A DNA stretch of 64,000 bases from Paragordius varius (lineage: Eukaryota; Animalia; Nematomorpha): NCBI GenBank assembly GCA_964247055.1, contig OZ176056.1, positions 6,448,001 through 6,512,000 on the forward strand, given 5' to 3'. Below, piece by piece: positions 50,501 through 61,563 of the stretch. Below the pieces are notes generated by a model. It saw only the letters and a list, made by a program, of their open reading frames with translations, had not been told where the DNA came from and ran no database searches. Within the stretch, counting starts at the first letter, position 1, and each line of letters starts with the position of its first letter. Made by a program: the position numbers and the translations under genes.

Positions 50501-53500
50501 GTCGTACGAATAAAAGGGCATCATGTGTGTTAATAAATTATTTTCTCCCCGCTCATCTACAAATATTATGCAATAATTAAAAGGGTTTACAATTAATAAA
50601 TTTAATATATTATGCTTATACTTCTAATATTGCATTATTTTTATCTTAAAATAAAACTATGCTCATATAAAAACATAATAAAGACTCGATTATCTTAATA
50701 AAACATATAATTGAAATAATTTCAAAATATTATCCCCATCATAACCACAAAAATCGCTTAAAACTCTCTTAGGAAAAACTTGATAAAACCAAATCAATAA
50801 AATTTAACAATATCAACATTCAAGCTATAATCTAACCAAATTCAAAAAATGTAATATAAAAATATAACATTAAAATTCCTCCTCATGTTAAAAAGATAGT
50901 TTAAAGCAAATTAAAAAAACTATCTTAAAACATAAAATTAAAAATCTCTAACATGTTAATAAATTTGTTTAAAATTTGAAATAAATATTATAGAAAATCC
51001 AAAAAAACAAATTCAATTAAATAAAAATGTAAGATCCTAAAATATAACATAACTTTTAAATTTAAAATAAATACTATATAAAAAAGTAAATCCCAAAATA
51101 AATCAAATTTAACCCATAACCAAATCAAAAAATGTAATATTTTAATAAAACATAACATTAAACTTTAAACACTCTCTAAAAAATGTTAAATTTGAAATAA
51201 ATACTATAGAAAGAAAATTCACCAAAATAAACAAAATTTAAATCAAATGAAAAATTATAAACACACATATGCATACCCCAGGGTTGTTGCCATTCAAACT
51301 CTAGCATTTTAGTTTGAGCAAATGTTTTTTTAACAAAGTAATGAACCCGTTGTATGAGTGTACTTTGGAAACCTAACTTACGTAACAGGTATGCATTGAC
51401 TGGACTGTGGCCAAAAGGATCTATGAACCAACCATGTTTTGGTCTAACACCTGCAAGTACAGAATTTAAAATGTTTTTAACAAAGGAAACTATATTTTTA
51501 TTCTTGGGGTTTTATATACCCTCTAATGTTTTGGGGGGTGGGAAATATGGATGGATTAGAGATATAAATTAATAGCATACTCAATTTTTTATATAAAATA
51601 AGTAGGCAAATTGGATATTATCAGGTATAAAAAGACGTGATTTTTCATAACAAAATATAATCCAACATTTTGATAAATTAACTTTTATGTTCATGTAATT
51701 TATTGGCTTTTATTTGAAAGTTATAGAATATAAATAGTTTCATGTAAGCTAAAGAAATTAAAGCTAGTTTTTTGGGCCAACCACTATATATTGTTTTAAA
51801 ATTTAAAAAATAACTTATGTATTTTTTTGACAAATAGATGGTCATTATATAATATTTTAGCAAAAAGAAAATATATTTTTTCAACCTAAACTTTATAAAC
51901 GACAAAAGACATTATATAATTTTGAAAAATTAATTTTTGTGTCTAAAATTCGTTTTACAATAGGGTTTTTTGCATTTTTTTGTAATATTATTTATAAAAT
52001 TTTCGACATAATTCCCATTTAATTTTATTCGTTTTTCAAAATTGTAACACCAAAAGATAAACTATATGTATTAATGTAAATTTCCCAAATAAAAATTAAA
52101 AAAATTTCTTATAAAATTACTTTTTACAAGGTATTGATGCAATTCAACTAGGAGAAAAGCTACCATCTAAAAAAAAGCTCTTCAAATATTGACTACTGTT
52201 TCAAAATAGGAACCAATAAATTTTTTTATATCCAAATATATGCGAAAACTTAATAATTTTTAGTTCAAAATCAGTTTTATAAAAAAAACAGAAAAATTGG
52301 TTTTAATATAACTTGTCATATAAATATTTTTGAAATAATCTTTTTTTAACAACACATAATAATTTTCGCAATTGATACAAAAAATATTCATCAAAAAAAT
52401 AACATTTATTTGTAGTAAAAAATCATTAAACCTAAATTTTCTGTAATCATTCACATGTCCTTAAAATAAATTTTTATAATATTAATGATGATTAATTTTT
52501 AACACAAATTAAAAAGATATAAAAAAATCCTCAAAAAAATAACATTTTCTGGCAGTTAAAATCAAAATTTTAACCCTAAATTAAATTCTAACCAAACAGA
52601 TATCGTTGAATATATATCTTTTTAGATAAAAAACTAATTTTTAGAACAAATCAATAATATATGAAAAAAATCGTCAAAAAATAACATTTGTAGTAAAAAT
52701 ACCCTAAATTTTATTCTAACCAAACACATGTCCTTGAATATACATATATATATATATATATCTTTTAAAATAAAAAAACTAATTAGTACAACTATAAAAA
52801 ACTCTTCAAAAAATGGCATTTTCTGGCAATAAAAATTAAAACTTTAGCCCTAAATTTTATTTTAACAAACACATGTCCTTAAATAACTATTTTTTAACTG
52901 TAAATAAATAATATAAAAAGATTCGTCACAAAAAAGCATTTTTCTTTATGTAAAAAAAATCAAAATTTTAACCTAAATTTTGTTGTAACCAAATTTGTCC
53001 TTGAATGTTTTGATCAATCATAGCTCCATAATGTGTATTGGCTTCATCATTCATTACCCAAGCACCATTAACTAATTCAAGTTGACCATTTGCTACTAAT
53101 CTAGTATACAGTTTTATAAATGCACTTTTTTATAAGAATTGGTATCGAAAATTTATTTTATTTTATTTCAAATTAATTTTAGATTAAATTTTATATTTGC
53201 AATTGTATATAAAAAGTATCACATTAAAAATTCAAATTAGAGTAAGACTAAGTATATATTGATAGAAAGTTATTAATTATTGCCAAATAGTATATAAATA
53301 AAGGGAAATATTATGGCTTATGGTTATTTTTTTCACTTTTTTCTATTATTAATGGCCAATAACAATTCTCATTACTGCATAATCTATTTGGCAATAATTA
53401 ATAACTTTCTAGCAATATATATATTACTATATAATTAAAAATCTTCAAAAACGATAAGACAAATAGTTGACATTCATACTGATTTAAACATAAATTATTG

Positions 53501-55949
53501 TATTAAACAAATATACATGTCAAAATCTTATCACAAAAACTATATTAAAATGAGTTAAGATAAAGAAGTATAGTTGTATACATATAAAAAATGATTATCC
53601 TTTAATTTTTACAATTTGATTTCTATAATTTTAATTTCATACATTATTGATGCAAAATAAAAATTAGTAAAAACGTTTTTAACGTATTTGACAGAGCCAT
53701 CATTTCAAAAAGCGTCAATTTTTTATTGCTAACAATCTTATTATACGGTAAAAATGTATGGTCTTAAAAAAGGTTGAGATAAATGGCATGATATGTAGAT
53801 GGCTAACCTTGGAAAAATTTAAATCAACATGAAAACTTTTATTTTTGTAACAAATAATAAGTATAGAAACTACGTTATACATCTTGCTTATTTTATTCTG
53901 TTTTAGTAATATCAATTAACAAAACATATGATTTTTAATTTGAGGGCGGATGAATCCAAAAAAATGTTAATCAAATCGAAATAATAATAATTTTTATTTA
54001 AACGACTTATATTTTTTGCTCTTTAACTTTCATGCCTTTCACCATAAATTATTATTTATCTATATATAAAAGATTAAAACTTTAAACATTTCCAAAACAA
54101 TCATTTATCTTTTATTGTCGATCTAAAACAGTGTGCTCATATTCAAAAATTCTTGCCCAATCGGTAATACAGTAGGGTGTGTTATAAAACAAATTTTGTC
54201 CATAAATAATTAAATAAGCAAAAGATAAAAATGGTTGTATTTCAAGATTTAGTGTTGTTTTTACCCATACACTACTGTATTGCCAAATGGCCAACAATAA
54301 AGTTAATAAGCCAAAATCAAATAAAATTTATTGAAAAAAACCAACTTTTTTATAATTTCTCTGTTTTGAGGAGTAGTTTGATGCCACCATTCTGAGAAAT
54401 AACTGATTTCGGCAAAAACAAATTTCATACGTGTTTCATTAGCCATAAAATGTACAATGTTATCTAGAATGAGTATCGTATCTTGCTTCAAATACTCGTC
54501 AAATGTTTTAAGCCAACCTGCATATAATTTGTAATAATTTTATATAACATTTATTAGATGTATAACATTTACAATTTTAATTCACCCTTAAACAATTGAT
54601 ATTCCCTCTTAAAAAAAATTCACTCTAAATATAAATTATGTGTTTTCGGGCTAATATAACTCATCATTAGTATAAAATATTTCTTTATGGACTAATTTGT
54701 TATTTTTTTAGTATAATGTTAAATTTAAACGATTATTAATAATATGAAAAATAAAAAATATAGGTAATTTTACAAAAAACAATTTATTTTAGGGTGAATT
54801 TAATTCAAGGGGAATTCGAGTTATAAATGATATTATATGATATATACACGGTAAACAGCCATATTATTAAATATATATGTCGTTAAAAATGTTAATCGTT
54901 TACATTTTTTGTAAAAATATAGTTTTGGAATTTGAATTATAAATACAATGTTATATTAAATTTTGCCAGTTTGATCATAACTGCAAAACGAAATATTATT
55001 GGCTTAAAGTAGGAAAAGCGATAAAAATATATTTTAACATCCACCAATCTAAAGCCAAAAAATATGTCTCTTAAATATATCATTTGCATTTCAAAAGGGT
55101 TAAACACTTTAAGTGGCCCTTAAACACTTCAGGTATAGTGAAAATTTCAAGTGGCCCTTCAACACTTCTTGTTGGTCCTTATCTATTTCAAGTTAATCCT
55201 TAAATGGTCATTAAAAATTTCAAGTTGGTCCTTAAATATTTCAAGTATACCTGCCCTTTACCACTTCTATTTTATCGTTAATTTTTTAAGATAATATCTT
55301 TATATTTTACCTAAAATTCTAATTTTTTATTTCAAATACATTTTTAGTCTTAAATATAAACCTCCAATTTAACAATATTTTAACTCATCGATGATTTTAA
55401 CTAAAACTTGTCTATAATTCAAAAAACTTATATAATATATCATTTTAAATAATAAAATTGATGTTTATTTAATAGTTTTCTTATACAAAGAGAATAGACT
55501 AAAAATAATAAGATAGATTAATGGTACCATTAATTTGATCGATAAAAGTTATAAAAATGATTGAATTGTAGGACCAATTCGTTTAAGAAAAAACTTAGAG
55601 TGCAAATGGTTTATACCAGCAAAACAAACAATACATTTGTATACATATTATAAAATTTTAAGAATTAAATAATTAAGAAACCTTATTGTCATAATTCGTT
55701 TTTTTTGTGTTGTAATGTACATATATAAATAGTAAGTTATACATATTTTTGCGATTAAAGTTAAAAAATACTATCAAATACGGTTTTGAATCTGTTGTGC
55801 TTAAAAATTTGGCTATTACGAATTAAACAACCAAACAACAATGCTAAAAGCATAAAGTAGTGATATTAAAAAATAGTTAAATCAAACATTTAAAAAGGTG
55901 CAAAAAAAGGGGCGCCCCAATCGTCAAAGGTTTAGATTAAAATTATTTA

Positions 55950-56014
<65 letters not shown>

Positions 56015-56843
56015 AAGATAAATTTAACATATGTTTGGTTAAAATTTGATAAAAATTTTAAAAACCAGGATCACAATGGCTATGAGGTATGATAAAGACA
56101 TTAAGGGGATAATCGGGGCCCCAGAAGTTTTGATCATAGGTTATGTTAAAGCCTTGTTTCCAAGCACCCCCATCGACATTTTCGAAATTCATTTTGTCAT
56201 ACAAATCTAACATCTGTGCAAAATAAAAATAAGAGGTATTATAAAATAAATTTTGTGTTTCAAAAAAGATAAAAGAAAAGCAGAATATTGGGAGGAATTC
56301 GATACCAATATTAATCAGTATTGTTAAAGCTTTAATTTGAAAAAAAAGAAAATGACGGAATATTATAAAATTACAACAAAAGTTGGCAAATATGATACCA
56401 TTTAATAAAATTAATTTTTAGCATTGCCAATTAGTATATATTAAATACTTACAAAAATATATTTTAAAAATAAAAAATTATCATAATTATTAAAAACTTT
56501 AATTGGAGGTGTAGGAGCATTTTGGAGTTCCGAGGATAGTGTTGCCCTTGGTGTTTCTTTAAAGGGAACTGCTTCCACATCATTGTAATTTATGGCTTTA
56601 GTAAATTCTAGGTTTGGTGTAATTCCAATTAAGTCATTAATTAAATGGCCATTAAAGGCTATTTTGGATGAAAGGACATTTATGTGATAATTTTTTTGTA
56701 CGAACTATAGCAATATTAAATTTAAAAATTACTTTAAATGAATGATGATACAGACTCTTCCAATACAATATCAGGGTAAAGGCAAATGTCAAAGGAATAA
56801 TTAGTGCTAAACTCAGCAAATATTTTTGATGCGAGCGTATCAT
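36647..56843 (-). CDS. MAN2A1: Golgi alpha-mannosidase II (GH38), 23 exons, about 1272 aa
   Basis: Exons (5'->3'): 56843-56733, 56704-56498, 56213-56066, 54517-54346, 53100-52973, 51450-51277, 50556-50364, 48613-48436, 47529-47291, 46589-46368, 46016-45795, 45074-44831, 44381-44167 (this junction has two equally in-frame solutions), 43678-43570, 43250-43064, 41161-41021, 40472-40330, 39697-39604, 39431-39363, 38891-38745, 38338-38154, 37828-37754, 36862-36647; total 3819 nt. N-terminal type II anchor, then [36 protein letters not shown] (nucleophile Asp), [81 protein letters not shown]. The MAN2A1/A2 split is vertebrate-specific, so the symbol denotes the family orthologue. Confidence 0.96.
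37401..37712. mobile_element. MITE family A inserted in a (TA)n tract (37362-37400)
   Basis: CATTTATAGTTCAAATTCACCC ... GGGTGAATTCGAATTGTAA with the family A core. Confidence 0.75.
39945..40173. mobile_element. MITE family B
   Basis: aattatacggacaaaatgtaaaaatataaagac ... ttttgtccgtataatttcaatttttactg|TA. Confidence 0.75.
40671..40924. mobile_element. hAT-like MITE, family F
   Basis: CAGTGATGTGTCTAACATAAAA ... AAGCCATTTGTGTTAGACACCAC; homologous to 13800-14059. Confidence 0.55.
42381..42661. mobile_element. MITE family A
   Basis: TA|CCATTTACAATTCAAATTCACCC ... GGGTGAATTGGATTGG|TA. Explains ORF 42373. Confidence 0.8.
43730..44034. mobile_element. MITE family B
   Basis: TA|CAGTAAAAGTTAAAATTATACGGA ... 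TTTGTCCGTATAATTTCAATTTTT. Confidence 0.75.
44508..44556. repeat. (TA)n microsatellite
   Basis: About 24 uninterrupted TA units. Confidence 0.95.
45217..45483. mobile_element. MITE family A
   Basis: CCATTTACAATTCAAATTGACCC left end and family core; right end degenerate. Confidence 0.7.
47550..47935. mobile_element. MITE family A with an expanded left-hand 21-bp array
   Basis: TA|CCATTTACAATTC ... GAATTGCAAATGG|TA, with about 9 copies of ttcaaattcac(c/t)cttgaacaa at 47560-47765. Starts 19 nt from the MAN2A exon 9 acceptor. Confidence 0.85.
49200..50040 (-). mobile_element. 5'-truncated, frameshifted RTE-clade LINE (RT C-terminal half with PHD-like Cys/His insertion)
   Basis: [18 protein letters not shown] / [23 protein letters not shown] / [71 protein letters not shown] / [21 protein letters not shown]. 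These are RTE thumb and C-terminal motifs, broken by at least 3 frameshifts or stops. Confidence 0.85.
50200..50250 (-). repeat. Duplicated 3' end and donor site of MAN2A exon 7
   Basis: cacctttaattagcattgtcagctgttacaatttcaggttgacg versus the exon's tacctttcttccacattatcagctgttatcatttcaggttgacg (50361-50404); offset 162 bp. Confidence 0.8.
52270..53010 (-). repeat. Tandem array (~125/145-bp alternating units) built from the MAN2A exon 5 3' end, donor and intron start
   Basis: The motif cctaaattt..t.taac.aaa...tgtccttgaat recurs at 52973 (true exon), 52850, 52704, 52576 and 52432. Confidence 0.8.
53253..53420. mobile_element. Small MITE with a 26-bp perfect inverted repeat
   Basis: gaaagttattaattattgccaaatag / ctatttggcaataattaataactttc, with TA-rich flanks. 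Confidence 0.6.
54566..54829. mobile_element. MITE family A
   Basis: CATTTACAATTTTAATTCACCC left end, family core, and right end agggtgaatt..ttataaatg. Confidence 0.7.
55081..55609. mobile_element. Degenerate element with (C)CATTTGCA termini and subterminal repeats
   Basis: CATTTGCA ... TGCAAATGG, with 5-6 imperfect copies of ttcaagt(t)gg(c/t)cctt(a/c)aa at 55105-55250. Confidence 0.5.
55955..56011. repeat. (TA)n microsatellite
   Basis: About 28 TA units; explains the YIYIYI run in ORF 55898. Confidence 0.95.
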
Positions 56844-57307
56844 GTTTTATGCTCACCTTCAATTATTCATATGTAAGGCCATATGAAATGTGAAAATATT
56901 TTTCAGATAATTTAGTAACTTAAAATTAATATAATTATATATAAAGGTAAATCGATGGAAAATAATATTGTCAATTCAATTGTTTAATATTCAGTTCTTA
57001 TATTTTTTAATTTTTATAATTTCGGGTGCAAGTCGATAATAAAATTTAATATTTCTAATATTGATAACTTCATAAAATGCCTTCCACAGTTAGAGCTGAT
57101 TACCTTACAGAGGTTATTCACATTACCTACAGATTTTAGGGTAAAAATATAATATCGATCATATTTATTCGATTAAATTAAAAAATTTTATTCAAATATT
57201 TCAAAAATGATACTAAAACCTAAAGTTTTTTCTGATAAATAATTTCGAATTTGCTAAATCTATCTGCATATAATTTTTTGTATAGTGACTAAAAAAAATT
57301 GTTAAAG

Positions 57308-59104
57308 GTGCTAAATATTTACAATTCTAACCATCTTTATTGTTACGCTCTAAATCATATCTACATGTAAAGAGTTTTGTTTATTTGTTATCGCTTTGAG
57401 TTAATAAAGCGCGAAAGATATTAATTATCTCATGGTAAGGGATTTGGATAAAACAACAAATTACAACTCACGAATTTATAAATATGCTTTCTTTAGCCGT
57501 TTAGGTTAATAAAAACTGAAAGAATTGTAAAAAAATACTCATAACGAACTTTTTCGCCGCCTTCTCTATTTTTTTAAATGGCCAATTTAACTGAATAAAT
57601 CTATATTATGGTTTAACACCTGGATGCAACACTTTCATTTCAGTCCTTTGATTTAAATTAGTGTAGTTGGTACCGCAGACCTGTTTCAAATAAAATAATT
57701 AAAATAATATGGAATGAATTGATTTAATTTTTCTAGAAAAAAGTTCATTCAAAAATACATGATGATAGTTATTTTAAGGTAAAACCTCAAGGTTTAAATT
57801 TAGTCAACATGACATTTGTGCAATGGCCAAATTTATAAAATAATACAAAAAACACCACTATTTCTGTTTCTAACAATGTTAGATGTGATTTAAATAAAAA
57901 ATTAGCCTTCATTTTAAATTTAAAATCAAATACGATATTTTGCAAATCCAAAATAAAAGGGCGTTCAAAGTAGTCTGACATGGAACTTTCTTTTAAAAAC
58001 GAAATTTTATTTAGATATTTTAGCTATTATGGTTTCTTTTAATAGTTTTTTAAAAATATTAATTTAATTTTAGTTTGGGAGATTTAGATATCCCAATTTA
58101 AATCGAAGTTTATTTTAAAAAACTTTATTGCTACATTTTACCATCAACATTTATATATTTTTTAATCAGCTGTTCGATTCAATGGTGTTTTGGAGTTGTT
58201 CATTTTAAAATTAAGTAACAAAACTATAAAAAAATATTATTTTTTTTCCAATAAATAAGAGTTAATAATTAATTTTAACCATAACTTTTAAAACTGTAAT
58301 CCATCACTGTAATTAAACCATCAAATAAAACGTGAAAAGGTAGTAAAATGTTAATTGTGTAACATAGCGAAAATTAAACATAATTGAAACATTTATTTTA
58401 AAAACAAAATTTTATTGCACGAATTTGCACAAATTTTGCCATATTCAGATTTGGAACAGTTCCCAAAGTCTTACATACTTTCTTACACTCTTAAGGCCCA
58501 AAGCCAAAAGTATTATGGAAATCTTGCTATATTTACATAATATAAATATTTTAGTTGGATATATATCTATTATAACGTAACAGCCTAAAAAATCTTGTAA
58601 CAGCACAGTAGGATTTTTGTATCCTAAATAAACAATATTGAACGCCAATATTATATCGTTTTGGCCCCCCCTTTGCAAGATTCACAAAAACGGCCATATA
58701 AAGTGGTTTTAAAATTTGGGATAAAATTCTGCAATGATTTCGGCACATATTATGTGTCAACTTTCCTTAATCACTGGGACTTTTCAAATGAGGTAATTGA
58801 ATATAAATAAAAACACTCAAGAAAAGGATCCAGCATTATTTAAAGTTTTGGTGGAATTGGTCAAATTATTGGACACGCAAAAGTCACAATCTTAATTCCA
58901 TTAAATAAATTTAACTATTTTCATATATGGTCCCCAAAATTGGAAATAGTTCCTGATAACAAATTCAAGATTTACATTTTAGAAAATCTGGCGCTATTAA
59001 ATTATAAAAATTAATTTTCAATCTTTTGTTTTTGGTTTATAGCATTACTTATAACCTTTTACATTTTGCTTTATATAACTATATGGTTAAATAACCAGAC
59101 TTAA
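57308..59104 (+). pseudogene. Possible decayed (or recoded) two-exon ORF, head-to-head with MAN2A
   Basis: Segments 57308-57504 and 58449-59104 join through a phase-1 GT-AG intron that contains the piggyBac MITE. The frame has 11 internal TAA and no TAG, TGA or frameshift. GC-elevated, with hydrophobic segments at both ends. No recognisable family motif. Confidence 0.3.
57617..58110 (+). mobile_element. piggyBac-like MITE, family D (degenerate)
   Basis: TTAA|CACCTGGATGCAACACTTTCATTTCAGTCCTTTGATTTAAATT ... CCCAATTTAAATCGAAGT; homologous to 62586-63060 and 23409-23984. Confidence 0.7.
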
Positions 59105-59247
59105 TCTGAATTATATAAAAACAAGAATCATAACTCTTTATAACATTTATTTATCAATTGTATTGATAAAAAAATCATGTACATATCAATGTTTGTAATG
59201 AAATATGTATAAAAAATATAATCCTTTCATTTTAAATCTTTCACATA

Positions 59248-61532
59248 TCAATTACTATAATCCTGATCATTATAGGCCATTTGATCATACACTTGGGCTA
59301 TAACCTGCCGACCTCCGAAAAATCTACCATTTAAAGCTTCTCTTGCTCGCAAAACATCTATTTGAAAACAAAAAAGTAAAAAGATAATCAAACTAAAAGA
59401 CAAATATTTTATTAATACATAAGACAGTTTTTAAAGCACAACCTATCCATTTAGGGTTGCAAAATTATAATTACATGTGTCAATTTAAACTAAGACTCAA
59501 TTAATAATCCTAAATTGTAATATATAGTATCTGTATAAAAAATCAAGGTTCAAAAATGTATGGCCGGTCTATCTTGATAAAATTATGTAATTTAGTTTAC
59601 ACAATTTTTTGCCATAATTTTAGGTTTTAATGATGTAAATTTTTAGGTATAAACTATAAAAAGGAAATCCTTAAACAAATAAATGAATCAAACCTTGATG
59701 CGTTTCAAATTCGACAAAAATCTTGACTATAATAAGGTTGGTAAAATCATCTGGTTGTTGATGAATTAAAACATGTGTTACTTTTCCATATTTGCCGCAC
59801 TCTTCACCCACTTCCTGTTCTAAAGTGTCATCAACCTCCTCCGGACCCACCATATTTCTCAGGATTAAAACTTTAGACTATATAAATTAAAAAACATGTT
59901 TTGAAAAATTAAAACCAGGTAAATAATTGCTAGTTTTATAAATTATTGCAAGTATTCATTTAAAGTAAATAATAAAGTCTTATATTTAAGATGTATATAT
60001 TGTATCTAGTTTTAATAATATTATACCTAAAATTACTAAATGTATTGTAAGCCATAAAAATGTAAAATATCTGCAGTATTTTTGAATGAATGTAGCTATA
60101 AAGAAAAATAAGTATATGACATTTTTTCTCAACTTATCATAATTTAATTTAAACCATATCCCTACTGTTCAAAATTGATAAATTGTCATAAACTTTTAAA
60201 ATATTAATTGTTTTAAACCATTAAAAGTATTAATTGTTTTAGAAAAAAAGATGACACCTCAGTTTTTTTCATTAATTTTTGCATGACTAAATGTCGGGCT
60301 TGTCGACCGCTTATGCTTACGTCCTCGCTGTCATCTAGCTTTTGTCGTTTTTTTCCAATCTCTAAGATATCCTCAGATATTTCAGCATTGTTTTTTGTTG
60401 TTGATAATAAATTTGTTGGGCCACCATTCAATAGCGTATTAGGAAGAGTTGTTGTATTTTGATTATTTTGATATTGAATAGGATCTAGGGGTTTTGCAAT
60501 TATAGATTTATTATCCCCATGCATTGATATAGAAACGACTGAGGGTGGTGGAATACATGTCTAAATTAAATAGGAGCCATGTAAAAAAAGAAATCAAATA
60601 AAATCTTTTTGTAGGACAACGTTTCTTTTTACTTCTGTAAATAAAAAAAGGTTTTGAGAATAAGGAAAACTTGTCAGTAATATCATAAATTTATATTGAC
60701 TTTCTTATGTAGCTATAATAGAATGTATTTCTCTTTGTAAAACATTCATATAATTAACATTTGATAACGATTCCGAATATAATAATCGAAAAAAAAGGTT
60801 AAAAACAACCAACAAAATTTGTTTTGAAGAAAATTTAATGTAAGATTTAAGTTGAACTTGACTATATATAATGTTTGATATTGCGTAATTATTTATCATA
60901 TACTAACCAATTAAAAAAGATTGCATATAGTGCTATTTACAAAAAAATATCCCATTCTCTGTATTAGATGCCAACATAACAAAGGAAATTAATAATATAG
61001 AAAACCAGAAAGCAAAATTTTATTAAAAAAAACTAAATATCAAATGCAAAAAAGACGCAATCATTACATTGTAATACATGGGCGGTTCCGGATTTTGGGT
61101 AGGTCTGATTGTGGTCGAAACAGTTTCATTTACATCATCTTTGTTAGAAAGTGAATCAGTACTTTGTTGTGTAATATTTTCATTCGGTATAACGGTGTTA
61201 TCCGTTGAATTTAGCGGAACGTTTTCAGTTTGTGGATTTTGTTGTTTTTTAGCTTTTTTCTTTTTCCTACTACTTTTGCTGTTTGATGATGAAGCATTGG
61301 AATTACTTATGATTGCATTCTGGTTTATATCGTGTGTGGCAGATGTGCCTGGCACTAATTAATAAATATGGATTTATAAATCTTTCAAAAACAATTAACG
61401 GGGCGTTGTTTTATAATATGCATTATGATAATTTTATGAGACAAATTATGCATCTTTATGAAAACCAGGGGTGTCCAAAACAAATAGCTTCAAGGGTCGC
61501 ATTTTAACTCAGAAAAAAAAACGTCGAGCCGG

Positions 61533-61563
<31 letters not shown>

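Noticed and set aside
50750-51260. Degenerate A-rich tandem repeats in MAN2A intron 6 as another exon-end duplication
   Set aside because: Repeats are visible but I could not find exon 6 sequence in them.
54112-54297. 61-aa ORF downstream of MAN2A exon 4
   Set aside because: Largely a small TA-flanked MITE (tacagtagg...ctactgta, ~54168-54280) related to family C.
57787-57981. 64-aa minus-strand ORF
   Set aside because: Lies inside the piggyBac-like MITE.
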